Below, piece by piece: positions 40,052 through 48,877 of a DNA stretch of 64,000 nucleotides (the first letter of the stretch is position 1; every line of letters begins with the position of its first letter). The notes beneath the pieces are model-generated. The model worked only from the letters and a program-made list of their open reading frames with translations, had not been told where the DNA came from and searched no databases. A program made the position numbers and the translations under genes. The DNA is taken from IMG/VR virus record IMGVR_UViG_3300027782_003801; one strand, given 5' to 3'. This DNA is from an uncultured virus (IMG/VR IMGVR_UViG_3300027782_003801) (taxonomy: Duplodnaviria; Heunggongvirae; Uroviricota; Caudoviricetes).

Positions 40052-41033
40052 TGGAATGGTTGGTTCACACTTATCAGATTTTTTATTGGAGAATACAGAT
40101 TGGAAAATTTATGGTTTTGCAAGATGGATTGAATCTATGGAAAATTTAGAACATCTATCTGACAGAATTAATAAAAAAGATAGAATGGAATTGATATATG
40201 GTGATTTGAACGATTTAACATCACTAATTAATGCTGTTAACATATCAAAACCAGATTATGTATTTCACTTAGGTGCGCAATCTTATCCACAAACAAGTTT
40301 CGACGCACCTAATGAAACATTACAAACAAATATAATTGGTACCACCAATTTACTTGAAGCATTAAAGAATTCAAACTATAAAGACGCAAAAATACACGTT
40401 TGTTCATCTAGTGAAGTATTTGGTAAAGTACCAAGAGAAAAATTACCAATAGATGAAGAATGTTCATTCCATCCAGCATCACCATACGCAATTTCTAAAG
40501 TGGGTACCGATTTAATTGGTAGGTATTATGCTGAAGCATATGGAATGACAATAATGACAACACGTATGTTTACACATACAGGACCAAGAAGAGGTGATGT
40601 ATTTTCAGAATCGACATTTGCAAAACAAATTGCAATGATTGAGGTTGGATTACAAGAACCTAAAATATATGTTGGTAATTTAGAATCGTTAAGGACGTAT
40701 GCCGATGTGAGAGATGCGGTGAGAGCATATTATTTATTACTAACAGTTAATCCAACAGGTGGGGAGTATTATAATATTGGAGGCACATTTACTTGTAAAA
40801 TAGGAGATATGTTAAACTACTTAAAAAATCAATCAACAGTGAAAGACATTGAGATTGTCACAGACCCAAGTAGATTAAGACCTATTGATGCCGACTTACA
40901 GGTACCAAATATAGAAAAATTCAAAAACCATACTGGATGGGAACCAACAATAACTTTTAATCAAACAATGGATGATTTATTAGAGTATTGGAGAAATAAA
41001 ATGAAAACAGGACGTAAATTTTTAAATAGATAA
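40023..41033 (+). CDS. GDP-sugar 4,6-dehydratase (DmhA/DdahA-like heptose subfamily of Gmd)
   Basis: GISGMVGSH, AQSYPQTSF, SSSEVFG, SPYAISK, THTGPRRGDVF, RLRPIDAD. Confidence 0.85.
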   Translation: MKNVLITGISGMVGSHLSDFLLENTDWKIYGFARWIESMENLEHLSDRINKKDRMELIYGDLNDLTSLINAVNISKPDYVFHLGAQSYPQTSFDAPNETLQTNIIGTTNLLEALKNSNYKDAKIHVCSSSEVFGKVPREKLPIDEECSFHPASPYAISKVGTDLIGRYYAEAYGMTIMTTRMFTHTGPRRGDVFSESTFAKQIAMIEVGLQEPKIYVGNLESLRTYADVRDAVRAYYLLLTVNPTGGEYYNIGGTFTCKIGDMLNYLKNQSTVKDIEIVTDPSRLRPIDADLQVPNIEKFKNHTGWEPTITFNQTMDDLLEYWRNKMKTGRKFLNR

Positions 41034-42700
41034 TGTATATAATAGGAATATCAGCTTTTTATCATGACTCCTCTGTATGTTTATTCAGAGATAACCAATT
41101 AATTTTTGCTTGCGAAGAGGAAAAGTTCACAGGTATTAAACACGATGACTCATTTCCAAAAATGGCGTTGGATTATGTTTATAAACACTATAAAATAACA
41201 CCAAAGAATTTACAAGCGGTTTGTTATTATGAGGACCCTCAATTGAAATATCAAAGAGTAATGGAAAATATTAAACCTCAATGGTTTAAGAACCCACTAT
41301 ACTCATTAAAATCTTATTTGAAAATACGTAGTAATGTAAAAGAGATTGATAAGAAATTAAAAGAGATTTGTCCTATCGTATTTTACTCAACACATCATGA
41401 GGCCCATCAGTATTATGCACATTATACGTCTCATTTTGAGGAATCAACTTGTTTATCGGTTGACGGTGTAGGTGAGATTGACACGGTGTCATTGGGTGTT
41501 GCCGATTACAATGGAATCAAATACAGTTCAGTTGCAAAATACCCACATTCAATGGGTCTTTATTACTCCGCATTGACCTCATATTTAGGGTTTAGACCAA
41601 ACGAAGGTGAGTATAAGGTAATGGGATTGGCGTCCTATGGTGACCCTCAAAAGTACATTAAAGAGGTAAGAAATCTTATATCATTCAAATCAGGTAAGTT
41701 AGTGTGTAATATGGATGTATTTTGTTGGAATAAAACCGATAAATCCATGTTTAATGAGAAACTTGCGGAACTATTAAGTGTTCCACAAAGATTACCTGAA
41801 GAAACATTGGTACAAACACATAAAGACTTAGCGGCGGCGGTTCAATTAAGATACGAGGAAGTGTTGTTTGAGATTATGAAATCAATTAAACCCGTTAGTA
41901 AAAGTCCAAATCTAACTTTAAGTGGTGGTTGTGCATATAACGGAACAGCCAATGGTAAGATTATAGATAAAACACATTTTACACATCTTTGGATTCCACC
42001 TGCACCATCTGATGCTGGGTCTGCAATTGGTGCGGTAGTACATTATTTGGTTAGAGAACGTAAAGTAAGAAGTAAAATTACAAGAAATCCATTTTTAGGT
42101 CCCGAATATTATATGGATGACATTAGACGAGCAATTGGTACCTACAACTTTAAAAAGTTTGAATCTGAAAATAAATTAAGAACACATATTGCTCAAAAAT
42201 TATTTGAAGGTAAAGTAGTTGGTTGGTTTCAAGGACATATTGAATTTGGGTCTAGAGCATTAGGTAATAGATCAATATTAGCAAACCCAACCTTACCTAA
42301 TATGAAAGATAGAATTAATAAGGTTATTAAAAAGAGAGAAGGTTTTAGACCCTTTGCACCAATGGTTACCAAAGAGAAACAAGACCAATTTTTTGAAATG
42401 ACAGACGATGTACCATATATGAATCAAGTTGTGAAGGTAAAGGAAAAGTATAGGGATAAACTACCTGCAGTTACTCATGTGGACGGCAGTGCTAGAGTAC
42501 AGACAGTTTACAAATACACTGTCATTCATGATTTATTAAGGGAATTTGAAAAATTAAGTGGTTATCCAATTTTATTGAATACCTCATTCAATGTTAAAGA
42601 TAAGACAATGGTATTAACACCAAAAGACGCTATTGACACTTTCTTTGATACTGATATGGATATATTAGTAATGGGTAATTATGTTATGTATAAAAAATAA
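41033..42700 (+). CDS. O-carbamoyltransferase (NodU/CmcH/TobZ family)
   Basis: HDSS, HHEAH, DGVGE, EYKVMGLASYG, GGCAYN, EFGSRALGNRS, RPFAP, HVDGSARVQTV, LNTSFN. Confidence 0.95.
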   Translation: MYIIGISAFYHDSSVCLFRDNQLIFACEEEKFTGIKHDDSFPKMALDYVYKHYKITPKNLQAVCYYEDPQLKYQRVMENIKPQWFKNPLYSLKSYLKIRSNVKEIDKKLKEICPIVFYSTHHEAHQYYAHYTSHFEESTCLSVDGVGEIDTVSLGVADYNGIKYSSVAKYPHSMGLYYSALTSYLGFRPNEGEYKVMGLASYGDPQKYIKEVRNLISFKSGKLVCNMDVFCWNKTDKSMFNEKLAELLSVPQRLPEETLVQTHKDLAAAVQLRYEEVLFEIMKSIKPVSKSPNLTLSGGCAYNGTANGKIIDKTHFTHLWIPPAPSDAGSAIGAVVHYLVRERKVRSKITRNPFLGPEYYMDDIRRAIGTYNFKKFESENKLRTHIAQKLFEGKVVGWFQGHIEFGSRALGNRSILANPTLPNMKDRINKVIKKREGFRPFAPMVTKEKQDQFFEMTDDVPYMNQVVKVKEKYRDKLPAVTHVDGSARVQTVYKYTVIHDLLREFEKLSGYPILLNTSFNVKDKTMVLTPKDAIDTFFDTDMDILVMGNYVMYKK

Positions 42701-42710
42701 AAAATAAAAT

Positions 42711-42827
42711 ATGAAAAAATTAATCAATTGGGTAAAGAAGTACTTTGCTGACAAAAAAAGAAAGAAAGAGTTTAAGAAGAAATTAGAAGAATTACGTAAA
42801 AGAGATCCATTTATCTATAATCATTAA
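42711..42827 (+). CDS. 38-aa basic peptide following the carbamoyltransferase
   Basis: MKKLINWVKKYFADKKRKKEFKKKLEELRKRDPFIYNH; below the ORF-track cutoff, with an A-rich leader. Confidence 0.65.
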   Translation: MKKLINWVKKYFADKKRKKEFKKKLEELRKRDPFIYNH

Positions 42828-42864
42828 TTTGGTTTTTTGAAAAAAAATTCGTATATTACACAAT

Positions 42865-43299
42865 ATGGTATATTGGTTAACTGGACAACCCGCAGCGGGT
42901 AAAACAACAATGGGAACTTGGATAAAGTCAATTTTCACTAATTCAATTGTGATTGACGGGGACGATATACGTGATATCTTTCAAAACAAAGACTATTCTG
43001 AAGGAGGAAGGAAAAAAAACATAGAAAAGGCTCAGATTTTGGCTAAGTTTCTTCATCATAAGGGTTATATAGTTATTGTATCATTAGTTTCACCATACAG
43101 AGAACAAAGGGAAGAGTTCAAGTCCGAAATGGGTGAGAATATTAAGGAAATATATGTACATACCACTCAAGATAGGGGACGAAATCATTTTCACGTTGAT
43201 GGGTATGAACCACCGTTGGAGAACTATTATGTTTGTGACACTACCGATAGTAATGAATACGAAACATTTTTGGAGTTAAGAAAAAAATTAAAAATATAG
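42865..43299 (+). CDS. cysC: Adenylylsulfate (APS) kinase
   Basis: WLTGQPAAGKTT P-loop, DGDDIR, DYS..GR..N, SLVSPY, YEPP. Confidence 0.85.
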   Translation: MVYWLTGQPAAGKTTMGTWIKSIFTNSIVIDGDDIRDIFQNKDYSEGGRKKNIEKAQILAKFLHHKGYIVIVSLVSPYREQREEFKSEMGENIKEIYVHTTQDRGRNHFHVDGYEPPLENYYVCDTTDSNEYETFLELRKKLKI

Positions 43300-43302
43300 T
43301 TT

Positions 43303-43689
43303 ATGAGTAAAAAATATGCAATGTTTCCAGGACGTTGGCAAAATTGGCACAAAGGACATGAATGGTTAATTAACCAACAATTGGAAAAAGGTAAAGATGT
43401 TTGGGTCGCAATTAGAGATGTACAAGTAGATGATAATAATCCAAAAACTGCACAACAAGTTCTAAAAGAGTTATCAAATGAACCGTTTTTTACTGAAAAT
43501 TGGGATAAGATTATGATATCTATTATTCCCGATATTGAAAGTATTAACTACGGTAGAGGTGTTGGATATGATGTTATTTACCACGAACCACCCGAAAATG
43601 TGGCTAAAATTAGTGGTACGAGTATCAGAAACGGGTATATTGACTCTAACGGAGATGTTATAGAATATTCTAATATGAATGATAAATGA
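43303..43689 (+). CDS. HxGH nucleotidyltransferase (cytidylyltransferase-like)
   Basis: GRWQNWHKGH; YGRGVGY; ISGTSIR. Confidence 0.75.
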   Translation: MSKKYAMFPGRWQNWHKGHEWLINQQLEKGKDVWVAIRDVQVDDNNPKTAQQVLKELSNEPFFTENWDKIMISIIPDIESINYGRGVGYDVIYHEPPENVAKISGTSIRNGYIDSNGDVIEYSNMNDK

Positions 43690-43934
43690 TGGTAGAACGT
43701 AAAAGGCACATTGCTAAAACAATTTCATATCGTATTGTAAGTACCCTTATTGGGTTCCTAATAATATGGTGGGTAAGTGGGTCAATCAAGGTTGGAACCG
43801 CATTTGGGGTGGTGGAATTATTCTATAAACCCATCCAATACTACATTCACGAAAGAATTTGGTATAAATGGATAAAATTTGGACTAAAAGAACAAATAAA
43901 TAAAAATGGTAACAGAAATAAAAAACTTCATTAG
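43686..43934 (+). CDS. DUF2061 membrane protein
   Basis: RHIAKTISYRI..T...YYIHERIW. Confidence 0.8.
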   Translation: MMVERKRHIAKTISYRIVSTLIGFLIIWWVSGSIKVGTAFGVVELFYKPIQYYIHERIWYKWIKFGLKEQINKNGNRNKKLH

Positions 43935-44478
43935 TGAAGAAGAAAATCAAATATTAAGAAAATATTTTGATTTAAATAAAATGTGTGATTCCGAAACTAC
44001 AAATGGAACGCCCGGGTTTTTAATAGCGAAATCAAGACATATAAAACCATCCGAAGATATATTCTTACAACAATTATTGGATAAAATGTTATCAGTTGTT
44101 GATAAAAATTGGCAATATGTTGATTATGTAAATTTTACTATATATCCAACCGGCGGGAAATTTAAAACTCATTCTGATTTTTTAGATACTTCATCTTCTT
44201 ATAATATAGAAGAACTTCAATTGGGTGGCCAACGAGATTATACATTCTTATTATATCTAAATGATGATTGTGAAGGCGGTGAAACTAATTTTAGTGTAAT
44301 AAATAAGAAAATAAAATTAGAAAGAAATAAGATGATTTATTGGTCTAATGTTTTACCAGACGGTTCTGCCAATTTTATTACAAAACATGAAAGTAAAATA
44401 GTGACAAATGGCGAAAAATATTTAATTGGAATATGGGCAAGGCATCAAAAGGTGTATACAACTAAAACTTTGTTATAA
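43906..44478 (+). CDS. Prolyl 4-hydroxylase-like 2OG-Fe(II) oxygenase
   Basis: HSD, GGQR..T.LLYLND..EGGET.F, H....V..GEK. Confidence 0.85.
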   Translation: MVTEIKNFISEEENQILRKYFDLNKMCDSETTNGTPGFLIAKSRHIKPSEDIFLQQLLDKMLSVVDKNWQYVDYVNFTIYPTGGKFKTHSDFLDTSSSYNIEELQLGGQRDYTFLLYLNDDCEGGETNFSVINKKIKLERNKMIYWSNVLPDGSANFITKHESKIVTNGEKYLIGIWARHQKVYTTKTLL

Positions 44479-44490
44479 AATTTAACTAAT

Positions 44491-45012
44491 ATGACACAAG
44501 AAATAATTTTTACGAAAGAAGAATGTAAAAAAATAATTGAATTTTATAAAGAAACCGATTATAAAATCTTAAATAATGACGAACCAAGTCAAACTAGAAT
44601 AAAATACAAAGGTTATCAAATCAAATATTCAAATGATTCCGAATTTTTATATAAAAAACTATTTGAATTTTTTGAAAAAAACACTGGTAAAAAAATATAT
44701 ACATATCCGACCGATATCTATATAATGCAATATGATGAAGGTGATTTGTTTTCACAACATACTGATAATATAGATGAGAGAGTATATGTTACAGGAGTAC
44801 AATTAAACGACGATTATGTAGGAGGAGATTATATTTTTTACGAAGAAACGGGATTAAATATTGTTATAAATAAAGAAATTGGTAATTGTTATGTGTGCGG
44901 TGTACATCTATCACATGAAGTAAAAAAAATAACAAAAGGTACTAGATACTCATTGGTCGCATTTATTCGTAAAATCTCACTTACAGATAAAAATAAAAAA
45001 GTATTGATATAA
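44491..45012 (+). CDS. 2OG-Fe(II) oxygenase
   Basis: HTD, LNDDYVGG, HEV..IT.GTRYSLV. Confidence 0.85.
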   Translation: MTQEIIFTKEECKKIIEFYKETDYKILNNDEPSQTRIKYKGYQIKYSNDSEFLYKKLFEFFEKNTGKKIYTYPTDIYIMQYDEGDLFSQHTDNIDERVYVTGVQLNDDYVGGDYIFYEETGLNIVINKEIGNCYVCGVHLSHEVKKITKGTRYSLVAFIRKISLTDKNKKVLI

Positions 45013-45014
45013 AA

Positions 45015-45557
45015 ATGAAAGACATAAAAATGTCAATAACAAAAGACGGAATATACCCAATTGACAAAAAAGGGATGTTTTATGCTAAAAATGACATGTA
45101 TGAATATTATTCGGAAGTTGCGAAAATATTAGGTAATCGTGATATATTAGAAATCGGATATGGAATGGGTATATGTTCCAAAGAAATACAAAAACATAAT
45201 CCTAAATCACATACTATCATAGAAATCAATAAAGACATATTTGAGAGTGGATTAATGTGGTCAAATTCCTTACCAAATGTTAAAATGATATTAGGTAATT
45301 GGTCTGATATTATACCTACCTTAAATCAAAAATATGATGGTATTTTTATAGATACCATTGAGGATGGTAATATTGGTAATTTTGAAAAGATAGCATCAAC
45401 AATAAGTAAAAAAGATACTATATTATCTGTTTTTCATTATGAAAAAATAAATAATAAAAACCTTTACTATAAAAAAATAGATGGCCGTATATTAAATTGG
45501 TCAGTCTATGATGGCATCAAATTTGGAACAGTGATTGATAAATCTAAATTGATTTAA
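45015..45557 (+). CDS. GAMT/Rmt2-like class I SAM methyltransferase
   Basis: ILEIGYGMGI, IQ...PKSHTIIE.N, G.W.DI.PTL...YDGIFIDT. Confidence 0.8.
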   Translation: MKDIKMSITKDGIYPIDKKGMFYAKNDMYEYYSEVAKILGNRDILEIGYGMGICSKEIQKHNPKSHTIIEINKDIFESGLMWSNSLPNVKMILGNWSDIIPTLNQKYDGIFIDTIEDGNIGNFEKIASTISKKDTILSVFHYEKINNKNLYYKKIDGRILNWSVYDGIKFGTVIDKSKLI

Positions 45558-45688
45558 CTGTTAACTGCAGCTAAAATATAACTTCTTAAGTTAGTTAAAA
45601 TCGATTTAACTATCACTATTTTTTCAGGTGAAGTTTGTTTACTTCCTTTATTAATTAATTCGTTGTATGTTATTTTTACTTCTGGCAT
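45554..45688 (-). CDS. 44-aa small protein downstream of the Hint gene
   Basis: MPEVKITYNELINKGSKQTSPEKIVIVKSILTNLRSYILAAVNS; starts 4 nt after the 45693 stop and fills the gap exactly. Confidence 0.55.
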   Translation of the reverse strand: MPEVKITYNELINKGSKQTSPEKIVIVKSILTNLRSYILAAVNS

Positions 45689-45692
45689 AGTG

Positions 45693-47975
45693 TTATTTAT
45701 TATGTACTAAAATGTTATTTGCGTAAAAGTTGTGATTATCTTCAACTGTTACAATATATGTTTGAGTGTCTTCTGGTTTTAAAATTTCAATTTCTTTAAT
45801 TGAGGTGTGACCACCTGTTTCCAAGTTTACCATATCCCCTACTTTAATTTTATAAACTTCTTTGTCAATTTTATATCTTTGGTTAGTCCATTCTGGAATA
45901 AATGACGCTAATCCCAATCCATTAACATAAATCGGATGGTCAAATGTACAAGTTAATGTAGTATCGTTTGAAAAATGATAGGTTACTAAATCATTATGAA
46001 TTGGATTATTTAAACTAATTACTTTTTTAGGTTCAATAATTGATAAAGATTCATTAAACGAAATAACTTCATCACCAATTACTACATCTTCAATATTTTT
46101 AGTGATTCCACTTTCTAACGTAACCTTAGTACCTGCAACAAAACAAGACATTGGTCTATTATGAACCAAAACACCGTCAGCAAAAAAGTTAGCATTATCC
46201 TCAACATCCTTTAATGTAAAAGTCATAATTGAACCATCAATAACCTCAATAGAATTAACAACAGTTTCACCATCAATTGTCTTTACTGAGTCACCAACTT
46301 TCAATTTTACAACACCTATGTTGTATTTTTCAATAGTCATTAAAACATCCAAAGCCGCCCAACCTTCATTTGTCCAAACAGGATGGTCTTTAGTTATTTT
46401 TAATTCAGTTCCATTTTCTAATTTAACTATAGATATATGGTCTGATAATACCGACAATAATTTTCCAACACTTTTATTTTCATTTTCATTTGTAGAAAAA
46501 TTATATGATACAACAATATCACCAGATTGAACATCTTCAATATTTTTTGAAGAACCGTCCGATAAAAGAATTTTAGTTCCTGCTGCAAAACATTCGTAGT
46601 TATGTACAATGATATCTGCTGGTTTTAAAATAACAGTATCACTTTCCTCAACGTCAAATGAGAAATACGAACCCGTATCATATATGACATTTATATCTTG
46701 TACTAATAATCCATTTCCAGTCGATGTTATAACCCTATCACCAGGTGCAATTGTAGTGGCTGAAATAAATTGAACGGTATCATTATTACTTTGCCAAGTT
46801 AAAATGCCAGAACCAAATAAAGAATTATATTTAATACTACCTTCTAATGTAAGTTCTACCGCGAAATCATCCAATTGAACTGAATCAATCTGAACAACCG
46901 ATGACGTTGTTTCATATTTATTTAATAAATCATATTCTGTTTTAGTTTGTTTCCATTCAAACCAGTTATATGTATTAACTGCAGCATCGGGTAGAGACGT
47001 AACTATATATGATTTAACAACATCACCGACTACCACATCTTTTAATTGTTTAGTAGTATTATCTACCAATTCAACTAATGAATCTTCTCTATATCCATGT
47101 TGTTTAGGACCATCATGAGATGTTAAGAAATTAGAGATATATGAATATCTCCATTTTTTATCAACATAACTACCACTAACACTAAAATCAGCTTCAGCTG
47201 GAAGTGATGTTAATGTTGAAGAATCAAGAAATGCTAAATCAATCGCATCTAAATTAGACCCATACCATAATTGATATACTCTAATTGATTGTATTTTATT
47301 GTTATATAAACTATCGGTTTCATTATAATGATAGTTTTCAACTACATATGTATCTAATATGGTGGGATCAGAATTTAATAAATTATCAATTGTTGTGTCA
47401 TTTTGTAACTTAACTAATTTATTATTTATATATGGTGAAAAAACAGATTTCTTTAAGAAATAATCAGGAATATTTGATTGTGTATTTTTATCTCTACTTA
47501 AATTGTCAAACTCAGTTAAATCACTTCTTTTAAATTTAAGATTTGGAATTGAAGAGGTGTCCCCGTTATTAATAAATAAATCGTAAAGATTAATTTCATT
47601 GGCACAATATTCCGAATCTACAATTGCGGTGGAATCATAAACAGATCTTATGATAAATGTTGTTTCATTATCAACAACATCTGAAGGAATACCATAAAAA
47701 GTATCAAATACCTTTACAAATTCCAATGTAATCCCACTAACAGATTGGTCACCATCCCAATTATTTTGCAAATAAGTTACAAAATCTCGTAAAGTGTTGT
47801 TGTATACAAATACCAATTTTGTGTATCCATTTCCCAATAAATGAGACTTCAAATTTGAAAGATCAAAATATGGTAATTGGGAGGGAAGAATTCCTGTGTT
47901 GGTGTTTATTTCTAATAGTCTTAGATTTCCATTAGAGTCGTGTACAAAATCAGCTGATATTAAGATACTTTTCAT
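45693..47975 (-). CDS. Permuted ATP-grasp-like domain fused to three tandem Hint domains
   Basis: N-terminal ADF..D.NG.LRLLEINTN; Hint units GYRED...IIVHN, CFAAGT..T.DHP..VLVHN, CFVAGT..T.DHP..ILVHNK. Confidence 0.8.
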   Translation of the reverse strand: MKSILISADFVHDSNGNLRLLEINTNTGILPSQLPYFDLSNLKSHLLGNGYTKLVFVYNNTLRDFVTYLQNNWDGDQSVSGITLEFVKVFDTFYGIPSDVVDNETTFIIRSVYDSTAIVDSEYCANEINLYDLFINNGDTSSIPNLKFKRSDLTEFDNLSRDKNTQSNIPDYFLKKSVFSPYINNKLVKLQNDTTIDNLLNSDPTILDTYVVENYHYNETDSLYNNKIQSIRVYQLWYGSNLDAIDLAFLDSSTLTSLPAEADFSVSGSYVDKKWRYSYISNFLTSHDGPKQHGYREDSLVELVDNTTKQLKDVVVGDVVKSYIVTSLPDAAVNTYNWFEWKQTKTEYDLLNKYETTSSVVQIDSVQLDDFAVELTLEGSIKYNSLFGSGILTWQSNNDTVQFISATTIAPGDRVITSTGNGLLVQDINVIYDTGSYFSFDVEESDTVILKPADIIVHNYECFAAGTKILLSDGSSKNIEDVQSGDIVVSYNFSTNENENKSVGKLLSVLSDHISIVKLENGTELKITKDHPVWTNEGWAALDVLMTIEKYNIGVVKLKVGDSVKTIDGETVVNSIEVIDGSIMTFTLKDVEDNANFFADGVLVHNRPMSCFVAGTKVTLESGITKNIEDVVIGDEVISFNESLSIIEPKKVISLNNPIHNDLVTYHFSNDTTLTCTFDHPIYVNGLGLASFIPEWTNQRYKIDKEVYKIKVGDMVNLETGGHTSIKEIEILKPEDTQTYIVTVEDNHNFYANNILVHNK

Positions 47976-48185
47976 ATTTTTTTAATTAATTTACTTTTTC
48001 TTTTAATTAAGTTAAATTTAAACTTAATATTTGTAATTATATAGTATAAATATATAAAAAAACAATTAAATTAAATAATGTCACATATATCTTATAGTAT
48101 AAGTACATAAAAAATAATTAAATTGATGATTATATATATATATCTATATATAATAAAAAAATATAATATAAAAATCGATAATATA

Positions 48186-48872
48186 ATGTTTTGTTTTTGT
48201 TTTCTTGCATATGGTGAAGAACATATTAATGAATTTAATATTGTAGCAAAATCAATTTTAAAATTAAATACGAATTTTAAAATAATAGTCGGTACGGATA
48301 ATACGGATGCAATTATAAGTGGTGTACATAGTATTATTCAAATAAATGAAGGATTTAACTATAATTTAAAAAGATTGGTAATTGAACACGCCTTTAAAGA
48401 ATTTAATACAATATTGTTTTTAGATACCGACATTTTCATTAAAAATGGTATAGACTTTTCTGTATTATATGAACTAAATGAGGGTATGTATGTGGGGGAA
48501 ATAGTAGGATTAAATAGATTAAAAGATGTTTATGGGTCACTTGAATATATGAGAGAATATTTGAACGAGTTAACCAACATATACCCGAACGAATTTTTTT
48601 TAGTACATGAAGGGATATTTGTTTTAGAATTAAAAAATAATAAACAAAAAGAAGATTTTATAAAATATTGGAAAGAAATTGACACTCAAACAAGACCCTA
48701 TCAAAAGTTAGCGTATGATTTACCTGGCGCAATGGAGGGAATAATAATATGGATTGCAATACAAAAAGCTAATATTAAACTTACGTTAATGGAAGGAAAA
48801 ATTGAAAAATTATTTAGAAATATACGTCATTTTGGGAAAAGAAATTGTAAATTGGAAAGAACATTAATTTAA
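48186..48872 (+). CDS. Putative GT-A fold transferase (paralogue of 11230)
   Basis: IVGTD, FNYNLKR, ILFLDTD, EG..I.IA; start moved to the ATG at 48186. Confidence 0.55.
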   Translation: MFCFCFLAYGEEHINEFNIVAKSILKLNTNFKIIVGTDNTDAIISGVHSIIQINEGFNYNLKRLVIEHAFKEFNTILFLDTDIFIKNGIDFSVLYELNEGMYVGEIVGLNRLKDVYGSLEYMREYLNELTNIYPNEFFLVHEGIFVLELKNNKQKEDFIKYWKEIDTQTRPYQKLAYDLPGAMEGIIIWIAIQKANIKLTLMEGKIEKLFRNIRHFGKRNCKLERTLI

Positions 48873-48877
48873 TTAAT

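Noticed and set aside
22097..43299. Saxitoxin-like gene set (amidinotransferase, carbamoyltransferase, APS kinase, GDSL, 2OG oxygenases)
   Set aside because: No SxtA-type PKS/aminotransferase or other core genes; the glycan context explains these enzymes better
45693..47096. Classical mobile inteins
   Set aside because: No homing endonuclease, +1 residues are Y/R/K, and there is no real C-extein; these are Hint/BIL-type domains
47976..48185. Extremely AT-rich gap and the upstream extension of the 48123 ORF
   Set aside because: Best explained as a divergent promoter region; no iterons seen, and the extension is low-complexity, so the start was placed at 48186
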